Assembly: GCA_965228475.1 (NCBI GenBank)
Contig: OZ245817.1
Location: forward strand, 128,001 to 192,000
Source of the DNA: Myxococcota bacterium
GTDB taxonomy: Bacteria; Myxococcota_A; UBA9160; JAFDDA01
DNA length: 64,000 nt
Direction of reading: 5' to 3'
Positions 1 to 9,297 of this stretch are shown one piece after another. Under the pieces are notes generated by a model that saw only the letters and a list, made by a program, of their open reading frames with translations, was not told the DNA's origin and searched no databases. How positions within the stretch are numbered: position 1 is the first letter of the stretch; each line of letters begins with the position of its first letter. Position numbers and translations under genes: made by a program.

Positions 1-2
1 CG

Positions 3-1802
3 AACCCGGACGTCGTCCCCTTCCTCGGCTGGGAGTGGACGCAGATGGGGACGCGCCCGGAGAACCACTACGGGCACAAGAACGTCGTGCTGAAGGATCT
101 CGAGGAGGTTCCGACGCGCTCGATCGCCGCGCGGCCGCCGGCCGACGCGGCCGACCGCCAGCGCGACGCGCTGCCGGGAACGCTCACCATGGGCCTGCTC
201 GGCGTCGCCCGGCCGGGTCAGGACTCCCTCGACACGATCCGGTACTTCCGCGAGATGATCGAGGCGCCCGACTGCCCCGACGGCGTGCCGGTGCGCGAGC
301 TCCCCCTCGCGTGCAAGGAAGCGGCGGAGACGCCTGCGGATCTCTACGCGAAGCTCGACGATTGGGGTTTCGACGCGATGGTGATCCCGCACGGCACGAC
401 CTGGGGCTACTACACGCCCCTCGGTTCGTCCTGGGACAAGCAGCTCACGCCCGAGCAGCACGACCCGGGGTATCAGGGGCTGATCGAGGTCTTCTCCGGC
501 CACGGCAACTCCGAGGAGTACCGCGATTGGGAGGAAGTCGTCCTCCACGACGACGGCACGCGCTCGTGCCCGGAGCCGCGCGAGGACTTCCTCCCCTCGT
601 GCTGGCGCGCCGGCGAGCTCATCGCCGAACGCTGCCGGGCCGCGGGCGAGGGTGGAGAGGAGTGCGAAGAGCGGGCCGCCCTGGCGCGCCAGCACTACGT
701 GGATGCCGACGTCGCGGGTCACCTCACGGTGCCGGGCTCCCGGGCCGGCGACTGGCTCGACTCGGGCCAGTGTCGCGACTGCTTCCAGCCGAGCTTCAAC
801 TACCGGCCGAAGAGCTCGGTCCAATACATCATGGCCCTCGGGCGGCCCGATGCACCCGAAGGCGCGCGCCGCTTCGACTTCGGTTTCATCGCCGCGAGCG
901 ACGTGCACAGCGCGCGGCCCGGCACCGGGTACAAGGAGTACGGCCGGACCGAGATGACCGAGGCACGCCTGCCCATCGCCGGCGCGGCGATCCTTCCGCT
1001 GCGCGAGGAAGCCCCGGAGCCGAACTCGCAGCCCTTCGACGCCGAGAACCCCGGCGGCAGCTTCTTCAATCTGCGGGAGGCGGAGCGCGCCGCGTCCTTC
1101 TTCCTGACGGGCGGGCTCGCCGCCGTGCACGCCGAAGGCCGCACGCGCGACGCCATCTGGGATGCGTTCCAGCGCAAGGAGGTCTACGGAACGAGCGGCC
1201 CGCGCATCTTGCTCTGGTTCGACCTGCTGAACCCGCCCGGCTCGCGCGGCGCGTCGCTGCCCATGGGCGGGAGCGCCCGCATCGCCGAGAGCCCGATCTT
1301 CCAGGTACGCGCCGTGGGTTCGCTCGAGCAGAAGCCCGGCTGCCCCGAGGCTTCGGTGCGCGGCCTCGAACCCGAGCGGCTCGAGCGACTGTGCAAGGGC
1401 GAGTGCTTCCACCCCGCCGAGCAGCGCCGTCTCATCACGCGCATCGAGGTGGTCCGCATCCGCCCGCAGATGCGCGCAGGCGAAGCGATCGCCGGCCTCG
1501 TCGAGGACCCCTGGAAGGTGATCCCCTGCGACGCCGACCCCGCCGGCTGCGTCGCCACCTTCACGGACGCGGAGCTCGGCGTCTCCGCGCGCGACGCCCT
1601 CTACTACGTGCGCGCCATCGAGGAGCCGAGCCAGGCCGTCGCCGCCGACCCCCTCGGCTGCACCCGCGATGCGAGCGGGCGCTGCACCGAAGTGGACGCC
1701 TGCATCGACCGCCCGGACGACGACGACTGCCTGGCGCCGACCGAGGAGCGGGCGTGGTCCTCCCCCATCTTCGTCGAGTGGGGCGGCGACGCGGAGGGTT
1801 GA
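3..1802 (+). CDS. DUF3604-family (PHP-like) protein, 5'-truncated by window edge
   Basis: Frame open from base 3 (NPDVVPFLGWEWTQM...); motifs GWEWT, HKNV, IPHG, GFIAASDVH, EVYGTSGPRI, EERAWSSPIF. Confidence 0.75.
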   Translation, partial: NPDVVPFLGWEWTQMGTRPENHYGHKNVVLKDLEEVPTRSIAARPPADAADRQRDALPGTLTMGLLGVARPGQDSLDTIRYFREMIEAPDCPDGVPVRELPLACKEAAETPADLYAKLDDWGFDAMVIPHGTTWGYYTPLGSSWDKQLTPEQHDPGYQGLIEVFSGHGNSEEYRDWEEVVLHDDGTRSCPEPREDFLPSCWRAGELIAERCRAAGEGGEECEERAALARQHYVDADVAGHLTVPGSRAGDWLDSGQCRDCFQPSFNYRPKSSVQYIMALGRPDAPEGARRFDFGFIAASDVHSARPGTGYKEYGRTEMTEARLPIAGAAILPLREEAPEPNSQPFDAENPGGSFFNLREAERAASFFLTGGLAAVHAEGRTRDAIWDAFQRKEVYGTSGPRILLWFDLLNPPGSRGASLPMGGSARIAESPIFQVRAVGSLEQKPGCPEASVRGLEPERLERLCKGECFHPAEQRRLITRIEVVRIRPQMRAGEAIAGLVEDPWKVIPCDADPAGCVATFTDAELGVSARDALYYVRAIEEPSQAVAADPLGCTRDASGRCTEVDACIDRPDDDDCLAPTEERAWSSPIFVEWGGDAEG

Positions 1803-1964
1803 GCTCCAGTCAGGGGCGAGGGTGCCGCGCCCGACCGCCCCGCAGGCTCCGATGGGGCGAATTCGCGGCCGTTTCTCGGGAAACGACGCCTCTGGGAGTC
1901 CTGGACCGGGCCTCCCGGACTGTCTGGAGCGCCAGGTTCAGCTAGACTCCGCCGCTCAGATTTC

Positions 1965-2041
1965 GCGCCCGTAGCTCAGTTGGATAGAGCACTAGCTTGC
2001 GGAGCTAGGGGTCGCACGTTCGAGTCGTGCCGGGCGCGCCA
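1965..2041 (+). tRNA. tRNA-Arg (anticodon GCG)
   Basis: Cloverleaf: acceptor GCGCCCG/CGGGCGC, D-arm GCTC/GAGC with GGA (A20), anticodon stem CTAGC/GCTAG, loop TT-GCG-GA (1999-2001), T-arm GCACG-TTCGAGT-CGTGC, encoded CCA. Confidence 0.97.
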
Positions 2042-2048
2042 GAACAGA

Positions 2049-2083
2049 CGAAGGCGATTCAGCGGGAAGCTGGGTCGCCTTCG
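2049..2083 (+). terminator. Hairpin immediately after the tRNA (probable terminator)
   Basis: CGAAGGCGATTCAGC-GGGAA-GCTGGGTCGCCTTCG, between convergent genes. Confidence 0.6.
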
Positions 2084-2102
2084 GCCTTTGTGGTGGATGA
2101 TC

Positions 2103-4160
2103 TCAAACGTTCACCCGCCGGGGTCCCGCCGCGATGAAGGCGAGCGCCACCCCGATGGCGGTCGGCACCACGAGCTCGGCCAACACCAGTCGCTCCTCTT
2201 GGGCTTTTCGGCGGAGAATCGCGTCGCGCGCCCGCGGCGTCGGCCGTCCGTTGGCGCGCTCCCGGGCCGGATCGAGGGCGTAGGCTCGCGCCGTTGCCCG
2301 CTGAGCACCGACAGCGTCCCCCGCCGCGGCGTAGAGCTGTGCCGCCTGCTGGAGTGCGTCGGGATCGTTGAGAGAAGCGCGCTCGAGATCGACGAGCCGC
2401 CGGTGAGCTTCGGCGCGCTGGCCGGTTCCCAGCAGCATGGTGATGGCCAGCAGCGGCTCTTCCTCGGCCTCGGGGGAACGAGTCTGAAACGCTCCCCACT
2501 CGCGAAGCGCCAGGTCCGGCCTGCGGATCGCAATGAAGAAGCGGAGCCGATGAATGACCCGGCTCCGCGCGCGCTTGGTGTCGGAAGGCAACGGCGGGAA
2601 GAGGGACGGCGCCTCGACATCGAGGCCCGCCGAGACCGGCCCGGATCGATAGAAGAGAGCCGCCGTCTCATCGACATAGACGAGCTGCCACGCGGGGTCG
2701 TGGTAGAGGGCGCCGATCAGCGGCTCGTAGAAGTTGACGTGGTAGTTGAGCAGGGCCGTCCCGAAGCCGTACTGATCGTCGAGCTTCCGGAACCCGGCCG
2801 GATCGCCCCGATTCAAGCGCGCGAACTCCTCGGCGCCGAAGACTTCGAGCCGCCCATCGATCATCACCTTTCGTTCCGGGTAGAGGTGCCAGATCAGGAA
2901 TCCACCGTCCGCCATGTGGTGGTAGATCGGTCCTTCCGGTGCGTCGCTGAGGATGCGGTCCACGGCGCCCGCGGAATGGAGCTGTCGATCGAGGCCGAAG
3001 CCGGACCGGCGGGGGTCGCCCAGCGCTTCGAAGAGATCCCCCGTGATCGCGCCAGCGCTTCCAGCAAGCAGGGCGCCGCAGAGTGTGGCTGCTCCGAGCC
3101 GCCCAGCCCAGGCGGGCAGCGGGTGGGCGTCGAGCAGGTCGTGGAGGTTGCGGACGAGAATCGTCGCACACGCCACCGAGAACAGCGCCTGGTTGCGATG
3201 CGCGCTCAGGGTGAGGAAGAGCAGCGCGCCCCAGATCAACGGGTCGGCCACCCGCAGGCGCTTCCAGTTGAGCACCATCACGGCCAGGGTGAGCAGAGCC
3301 GCTCCGAGGGTGACGCCGATGCGCAGCGCCGGAACGCCGCCCTCCGCGAGCAAGCGTCCGATCTCGGTGACCCACGGAGCTTGCGCCCCGGCATCGACCG
3401 TGATCATGCGGAGCTGTTCGAGGGGGAAGAGCACCGCGTCGAGGCCGTTCGGCGTGAGGAACGAAACGGCTGCGGCGAGGAGCGCGACGCCTCCCAGTCG
3501 ATAGGACTCGGCCCAATCGACTCGACCCGCGCGAAGCCCGCGAAGCAGTTCGGCGGCCAGGTGGATGCCACACACGGCGACGCCGAGCGCGAAGAGTCCG
3601 TGAACGTTCGCCCAGAGGAGTTGGATCGGGACGACGCAATAGAGGGCTCGCCGGTCGCCCGTCCGTTGGTGGCGATCGAAACACCAGAGCATCGCGGCCA
3701 GCAGGATCATGCTCATCGGTTCCGGGCGCGGCATGAACCGCTGACAGGAGAGCAGGAGGACGAGGCTCACGCCGAGGGCCGTGACTCCTGGCCGGTCGCA
3801 GCGAGAGCCGGTCGCTCCCACGATGCCGACGAGCAGCAGGACGGAGAGCCACTGGGCAAGAGCGACGCCGGAGTGACCGCCCAGCCACCAAACCCCATAG
3901 AGCATGCACTGGAAGAACCAATGCGTGTCGATCCAGCGCGCTCCGGGAACGGTGTAGGTGTACGTGTCGAAGAGGGGAACGAGCCCCGATTCGAGAATCA
4001 GCTGACCCGTTCGCAGGTGCCACCAGTAGTCGAGGGAGCGGATCTCGGTGAGCGAGAGCGCTGATGCGAAGATGAAGACACAAAGCCCCAGCGCGGTCTC
4101 GGTGGCCGCTCTGCCGCGTTGGTGGGAAGGCAGGCTGCGATTCGGTGAGAGGTGTTCCAC
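2103..4160 (-). CDS. Polytopic membrane protein, possible GT-C-fold glycosyltransferase with C-terminal TPR-like helices
   Basis: ~11 hydrophobic segments; DYWWHLRTG loop, RPE, WANVHG, IDGRLE motifs. Confidence 0.55.
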   Translation of the reverse strand: MEHLSPNRSLPSHQRGRAATETALGLCVFIFASALSLTEIRSLDYWWHLRTGQLILESGLVPLFDTYTYTVPGARWIDTHWFFQCMLYGVWWLGGHSGVALAQWLSVLLLVGIVGATGSRCDRPGVTALGVSLVLLLSCQRFMPRPEPMSMILLAAMLWCFDRHQRTGDRRALYCVVPIQLLWANVHGLFALGVAVCGIHLAAELLRGLRAGRVDWAESYRLGGVALLAAAVSFLTPNGLDAVLFPLEQLRMITVDAGAQAPWVTEIGRLLAEGGVPALRIGVTLGAALLTLAVMVLNWKRLRVADPLIWGALLFLTLSAHRNQALFSVACATILVRNLHDLLDAHPLPAWAGRLGAATLCGALLAGSAGAITGDLFEALGDPRRSGFGLDRQLHSAGAVDRILSDAPEGPIYHHMADGGFLIWHLYPERKVMIDGRLEVFGAEEFARLNRGDPAGFRKLDDQYGFGTALLNYHVNFYEPLIGALYHDPAWQLVYVDETAALFYRSGPVSAGLDVEAPSLFPPLPSDTKRARSRVIHRLRFFIAIRRPDLALREWGAFQTRSPEAEEEPLLAITMLLGTGQRAEAHRRLVDLERASLNDPDALQQAAQLYAAAGDAVGAQRATARAYALDPARERANGRPTPRARDAILRRKAQEERLVLAELVVPTAIGVALAFIAAGPRRVNV

Positions 4161-4253
4161 GAGCTGTCTGTGCGGATCGAGCCGTTCGCAAGACGGTACT
4201 CGATTCGAGGATCGCGGACGAAGACGCGTCGTCGGCCCCTACCAGAGAACGAA

Positions 4254-4285
4254 GAAGGCGACCCAGCGTATGCTGGGCCGCCTTC
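4254..4285. repeat. Second copy of the post-tRNA hairpin
   Basis: GAAGGCGACCCAGC-GTAT-GCTGGGCCGCCTTC, near-identical arms to 2050-2082. Confidence 0.7.
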
Positions 4286-4389
4286 TTTCCTTCTGGCCTC
4301 GTGTCTCGTGCCCTCCCCTGGGAATGGACGTTCGAAGCGAGAGTTCCGGGTGCCTGCCGCGGACCCCCCAGCGCAGAATGGTTCGGTTC

Positions 4390-4554
4390 TCAGGGCGACG
4401 TGGCCACGTCGCTCCCGCGGAGCTGAAGGCCGGTTCGTCCGAGGGCCGCTTCGAGTTCGCTGCGGCATCCCGGGCAAAGTGCGTGACTGACCGGGGCGCC
4501 GGCGACGCGCGCACTCTGTAGAAGACGTTCACACCAGGCGCAGATTCGTCCCAT
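4390..4554 (-). CDS. Small (54 aa) putative zinc-binding protein, CxxC...HxxCxxC
   Basis: MGRICAWCERLL...VSHALCPGC; AAGGAG RBS 6 nt before ATG at 4554. Confidence 0.7.
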   Translation of the reverse strand: MGRICAWCERLLQSARVAGAPVSHALCPGCRSELEAALGRTGLQLRGSDVATSP

Positions 4555-4618
4555 CGGAGGCTCCTTCTCGGTTGGGCGCTGGGCTGGTTCCCTCGGACCG
4601 GCTTCGTCTCGAGGGAGT

Positions 4619-4634
4619 TGCATCTTCCGTGCCG
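4619..4634 (-). promoter_or_regulatory. Putative sigma54 promoter for the small zinc-binding gene
   Basis: CGGCACG-GAAG-ATGCA, GG-N10-GC spacing. Confidence 0.55.
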
Positions 4635-4793
4635 GGCGATTTTCCGTTGTCTCGAACCCACGACCTGAGCCAGCGACGACACGGAACCGCTTGGCTACGC
4701 CCGGCGGCGCGCCTCTTTCCGACCGTTCTTCGGGCACGGTCTGCCGCGACCTTGGGCATTGCCCCGGGCGCCGGGACGGGAGAAGATCCCGCC

Positions 4794-5687
4794 ATGCCGA
4801 AGGCGAACACCCCCGGAAACGATGGCGTCGAGATCCACTACGAGCTGCGTGGCGATGCCGCCGGGCCGCCCCTGCTCCTGGTCATGGGGCTCGGCAGCCA
4901 GCTCGTGCGTTGGCCGGAGAAGTTCCTCGCCGAGTTCGAGCGCCGCGGCTTCCGGCTCGTGCTGTTCGACAACCGCGACGTCGGCCTGAGCACGCATCTC
5001 CATGAAGCCGGCATGCCGAACCTGATCGAGGTCCTGCAGGCGACGGGGGCCGGCAAACCCGCCGACGTCGCCTACACCCTCGACGAGATGGCCACCGACT
5101 CGGTCGCCGTACTCGACGCCGTCGGCATCGATCGCGCCCACGTGCTCGGTGTTTCGATGGGCGGCATGGTCGTCCAGACGATGGCGATCCGGCACGCGGA
5201 CCGGCTCGCGAGCATGACCTCCATCATGTCCACCACGGGCAATCCGGAGGTTCCGCCGCCGGCGCCCGAAGTGGCGGCCGGCCTGCTGAACCCGCCGGTC
5301 GAGACGCGCGAGGCCTTCATCGAGCAGGCGCTCGAGACCGACCGGCTGATCGGGACGAAGGTCTTTCCCTTCGAGGAGGACGTCTTCCGCGAGCGCGCCG
5401 GCAAGGCCTGGGACCGTGGCTACGACCCGGCCGGCGTCGCCCGTCAGGTCGCGGCCATCGCGGCCCACGGGAACCGGCGCGACGCGCTCACGCGCGTGCG
5501 CGTGCCGTCGCTGGTCGTGCACGGCACCGACGATCTGCTCGTCCGGATCGAAGGCGGCCGCGATACCGCGGCGGCGATTCCGGGGGCGGAGCTCGTCGAG
5601 ATCGAAGGCATGGCCCACGATCTCCCGGCGCCGGTCCAGGGGCGGATCGCCGAAGCGGTCGAGAAGCTCGTCGAGCGCTCCCGCTAG
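4794..5687 (+). CDS. Alpha/beta hydrolase
   Basis: GVSMGG nucleophile elbow, DNRDVGLS, HGTDD, GMAHD. Confidence 0.9.
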   Translation: MPKANTPGNDGVEIHYELRGDAAGPPLLLVMGLGSQLVRWPEKFLAEFERRGFRLVLFDNRDVGLSTHLHEAGMPNLIEVLQATGAGKPADVAYTLDEMATDSVAVLDAVGIDRAHVLGVSMGGMVVQTMAIRHADRLASMTSIMSTTGNPEVPPPAPEVAAGLLNPPVETREAFIEQALETDRLIGTKVFPFEEDVFRERAGKAWDRGYDPAGVARQVAAIAAHGNRRDALTRVRVPSLVVHGTDDLLVRIEGGRDTAAAIPGAELVEIEGMAHDLPAPVQGRIAEAVEKLVERSR

Positions 5688-6430
5688 CCGAGCAGCCGCT
5701 CGCGGAGTGCTTCGCGGTCGGCGTCGGCCAGGCCTGCGCCGCGCGCCCACTCGGCGAAGGAACCGTGCTCCCCGCGCACCCGTTCGAGGAAGCGTTCCAT
5801 GGCCGCCGGGTCCGCATCCCAGGCGCCGTCCGGGAGCTCCTCCATCCATCTCGAGTACGCCTCGCTCGAGCCGAGCCGCGAGTTGATGGCGTCGATGTTC
5901 CGGCGGCTCAGGGCGTAGTCGGCGACGATCGTCTCTTCGGGGACGTCGAGCAGCGAGAGCAGCAGCGCCGAGATCACGCCGGTCCGATCCTTCCCGGCGG
6001 CGCAGTGGAAGACGGCCGGGGCGTCCGCCGCGGCGAGCAGTTCCACCACGCGCAGGATCGGGCCGGCCGCCGCCTGGAGCATCACGTAGTAGAGGTCGCC
6101 CATGTTGCCGTCGCGGAGGCTCGCGGCGATCTCGCCGCTGGCAGAGCTGCGAGTCTGCTCGAACAGCGGAACCGGCTCGATCCGCGCGCGGCCGGCGATG
6201 GCACCCGTGCCGTGGGTCTCGACCTCGGCGCTCGAGCGCAGGTCGATCACCAGGCCGAGGCCGAGGGGGCCGCACAGGTGGTCGAGGTCGCGCGCGGTGA
6301 GTTCCTGGAGGCCGTCGGAGCGGTAGACGCGGCCGGGCTGCATGCGGCGGCCGTCGCGGGTCGCATAGCTCCCGAGGTCGCGGAAGTTGAAGCAGCCTTC
6401 GAGGGTCACCCAGCTCGCGAGCTCGTCCAT
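5684..6430 (-). CDS. Protein tyrosine/serine phosphatase (Y_phosphatase3/IphP-like)
   Basis: NFRDLG, IDLRS, FHCAAGKDRTG; GGAGG RBS before ATG 6430. Confidence 0.9.
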   Translation of the reverse strand: MDELASWVTLEGCFNFRDLGSYATRDGRRMQPGRVYRSDGLQELTARDLDHLCGPLGLGLVIDLRSSAEVETHGTGAIAGRARIEPVPLFEQTRSSASGEIAASLRDGNMGDLYYVMLQAAAGPILRVVELLAAADAPAVFHCAAGKDRTGVISALLLSLLDVPEETIVADYALSRRNIDAINSRLGSSEAYSRWMEELPDGAWDADPAAMERFLERVRGEHGSFAEWARGAGLADADREALRERLLG

Positions 6431-6622
6431 CGAACCTCCGTCCGGTCTCTCACACCCGTCGAGTGCGTGCGAGGGAATAGCACGCTCGCCGCACACCCGT
6501 TGCCGGCGCACGGAGGGTCGCTGCGCATGGCCGCGATTCCCTTCCACTTTGGCCACAAGGCCCCGGCGCATCCGTTCGAAACGTAGGAACAGGGCATCTG
6601 CCCTGCTCTCGAGGGGGGAGCC

Positions 6623-8128
6623 ATGTCTTCCGGCATCCACGCCGACGTCGCCCTGGCCGTGATCGATCGCCTCTCCGAGGGCGTCATCGTGATCGATGCC
6701 CGCGGGATCATCACGTCCCTGAACGCCGCCGCCGAGACCATCTTCGGACGCCGTACGGTGGAGCTCGTCGGGAAGCACGTCTCCGAGCTCATGCCCGAGC
6801 CGCACCGCTCGAACCACGATCAGTACATGAAGCGCTACCTCCAGGGGGGCGCCCCGCGCGCTCTCGGGGCTTCGCGCGAGGTCGAAGGCCTGCGGGCCGA
6901 CGGCACGCCCTTCCCGATGGAGATCTCGGTCGAGGAGATCGAGGTCGAGGGGCAGACGCGCTTCGCCGGGGTCGTCCGCGACGTGAGCGAACGGGTCGCC
7001 GCCGAGAATCTCCTGGCGATCCGCGGCCGCGTCGCCCAGGCCGTGAACCAGATCCTGCGCGGCTTCATCACGGCGACGCTGTGGTCGCGCAAGGAGCTCT
7101 TCGAGGAGGCGCTCGAGAACCTGCTCGGGCTGACCGGCAGCGAGTGCGGCTTCATCGGCGAGATCTTCGAGGACGCCGAGGGCAAGCCGGGCCTGCGCAC
7201 CCATGCCATCAGCGACATCTCGTGGAACGCCGGCTCCCGCCAGGTCTTCCGCGAGCAGTCGGGCCCGGGGCTCGAGTTCCGGAATCCGAACACTCTGATC
7301 GGTGCGACCTTGCGAACCGGCGAGGTCGTCATCGCGAACGAGCCGCGCACGGACCTGCGGAGCGCCGGACCGCCGCCGGGGCACCCGGGCTTCCAGTCCT
7401 ACCTGGGCCTGCCGATTCACGCGGGCGGCCGGCTGATCGGCATGGTCGGCGTCGCGAACCGGCCCGGCGGCTACGACGACGAGATGGCCTACGGCCTGAA
7501 GCCTTTCCTCGGCGCCATCGGCACGGTGATCGCCGGCTTCCAGGACCTCCAGGTGCGCCGCCGCGCCGAGCAGGACCTCTACCGCGCGCAGCAGCGCCTG
7601 CGCATCCTGGCCACGCAGGACGCCCTGACCGGCATTCCGAACCGGCACTCCCTGGTCGACGCCGTCGACGACGCCTTCGCGCGCTCCCAGGAACTCGGCA
7701 TTCCGTTCTCCGTCGTGTTCGTCGACGTCGACCATCTGAAGCGCATCAACGACCGCTACGGACACCGCGCGGGCGATTGCGTGCTGCGGCACCTGGCCCG
7801 GATCCTGCGCGAGACGACCCGGCCGGCCGACATCATCGGGCGCTGGGGGAGCGAACAGTTCGTGCTCGCCTTCCTCGAGTGCGACGAGCCCCACGCGCGC
7901 ATGGTGGCCGAGCGCCTGCGCCTCCGGATCGAGGGCGAGCCCTTCCCGGTGGACGAGGACGGGCCGAATACGATCCCGGTGACGGTGAGCGCCGGCGTTG
8001 CGGCCTGGAACGAGGGCGTCTCGAACGCGAGCGAGCTGATCGACCGCGCGGAGCTCTCGGCCTGCGAAGCGAAGCAGGCGGGCCGCAACCAGGTGCGCGT
8101 CCACGGCACGGACGATCCGAGCGGCTGA
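6623..8128 (+). CDS. PAS-GAF-GGDEF protein with degenerate active site
   Basis: FixL-like PAS (LMPEPHRSNHDQY); GAF; DALTGIPNR, DVDHLKRINDRYGH, RPAD I-site, GSEQF instead of GG(D/E)EF. Confidence 0.88.
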   Translation: MSSGIHADVALAVIDRLSEGVIVIDARGIITSLNAAAETIFGRRTVELVGKHVSELMPEPHRSNHDQYMKRYLQGGAPRALGASREVEGLRADGTPFPMEISVEEIEVEGQTRFAGVVRDVSERVAAENLLAIRGRVAQAVNQILRGFITATLWSRKELFEEALENLLGLTGSECGFIGEIFEDAEGKPGLRTHAISDISWNAGSRQVFREQSGPGLEFRNPNTLIGATLRTGEVVIANEPRTDLRSAGPPPGHPGFQSYLGLPIHAGGRLIGMVGVANRPGGYDDEMAYGLKPFLGAIGTVIAGFQDLQVRRRAEQDLYRAQQRLRILATQDALTGIPNRHSLVDAVDDAFARSQELGIPFSVVFVDVDHLKRINDRYGHRAGDCVLRHLARILRETTRPADIIGRWGSEQFVLAFLECDEPHARMVAERLRLRIEGEPFPVDEDGPNTIPVTVSAGVAAWNEGVSNASELIDRAELSACEAKQAGRNQVRVHGTDDPSG

Positions 8129-8154
8129 GGCGCGCGAGCCGCTAGCGTGGGTGG

Positions 8155-9297
8155 GTGCCGATGGCCCGCTTCCTCGCGACGACCTTGCTTCTTTCCGCGC
8201 TCGCCTGCGCACCGCCTCCGGGGTTCGTGGTTCCGGAGGGCGTCGAGCCCGTCGAACCCGTTGAACCGCTTCGCCTGTTCTCCCACGCCGACGATCCCCG
8301 GGAGCTGCTCGTGCTTGCCGGGTCGAGCGGAGCCGAGCTGGCCCGCGCGCTCGACTCGGTCAACGCGGAAGAGCTCGCGGCGGGCCGCTCCGCGATCCGG
8401 CTCGCGTGGATCGAACGCTCGCGCGCCACCGTCGCGCCGCCCGAGACGCCACACACGCCGGTCGCGCGCGTTGCGACCCGCGCGCGTTTCGGCGCGTGGC
8501 TTCAGGACGTCTTCGAGTTCGTCGAACACCGGGGGCGCCTCGCCGTGCTCGACCTGCGGCGCAGCGCCGAAGGCACCTCTCGCCTGCTGGCACCGCTCGT
8601 CATGCGCGGGGACGCCGCCTGGCTCGCGCCCCCGCCCGAGACCGGGCCGGCCGCGAACGGCGGCGGAAACCTCGAGGGCCTCCCCGACGGAACGCTCCTG
8701 CTCGGTGCGAACGCCGGCCCGGCGCTCGCCGAGTTCCTGCTCGCCCGCGGACACCGGAGCCGCCACGTCCGCGTCGAGACGGGCTTCCTCGCCGTCGGTC
8801 ACGTGGACGAGCTGTTCTCCCACGTCGTCACGGGGCCGGGGCCCTGCGATTTCGCGCTCGTGGTGGCGTCGCCGGAACTCGGGCTCCGCTTCGAGGGCGG
8901 GCGCGATGGGGAGGATGCGGAGTTCGTGCGCACGCAGCGTACGCTCGAAGCGCGCATCGCGGCCTCGGCGGCGCGCATCGTCGAGACCGCCTGCGCCGCG
9001 GATCGCATCCGCCTCCCCGTGACCTTCTCGTGCGCCGGCCCGGCGGAGGCTCCGCGAGGCTGCGTGGCGGCCCATCCGAACCCGGTCAACCTGATCGCCC
9101 TGCGCCGCCATCTCCTGATCTCGGACCCGGGCGACCCGCCCCGTCGGCGGGCGATCACGCAGGCGCTCCGCGGCCACGGCCAGAAGCCTCGCTTCGTGCG
9201 CGCAAGCGCCGCCCACGACCGCGGCGGCGGGCTGCACTGCGCGGCCCAGGTGCGCCGCGCCCCCTCGCGCCAGGGCGCGGCTACAATGGCCGAATGA
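8155..9297 (+). CDS. Protein-arginine deiminase (PAD)-family lipoprotein
   Basis: Lipobox ALAC(18); [31 protein letters not shown]. Confidence 0.8.
   Translation: MPMARFLATTLLLSALACAPPPGFVVPEGVEPVEPVEPLRLFSHADDPRELLVLAGSSGAELARALDSVNAEELAAGRSAIRLAWIERSRATVAPPETPHTPVARVATRARFGAWLQDVFEFVEHRGRLAVLDLRRSAEGTSRLLAPLVMRGDAAWLAPPPETGPAANGGGNLEGLPDGTLLLGANAGPALAEFLLARGHRSRHVRVETGFLAVGHVDELFSHVVTGPGPCDFALVVASPELGLRFEGGRDGEDAEFVRTQRTLEARIAASAARIVETACAADRIRLPVTFSCAGPAEAPRGCVAAHPNPVNLIALRRHLLISDPGDPPRRRAITQALRGHGQKPRFVRASAAHDRGGGLHCAAQVRRAPSRQGAATMAE

Noticed and set aside
1965..4300. Integrative element or prophage at the tRNA
   Set aside because: No integrase and no exact duplication of this tRNA's 3' end; kept only as a possible scar
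5684..8212. 842-aa ORF as one protein; similarly extended ORFs 18757-21843, 28238-30823, 31435-32757, 56052-58175
   Set aside because: Only the C-terminal part is a real gene; starts were reassigned using RBS, -10 boxes and motifs
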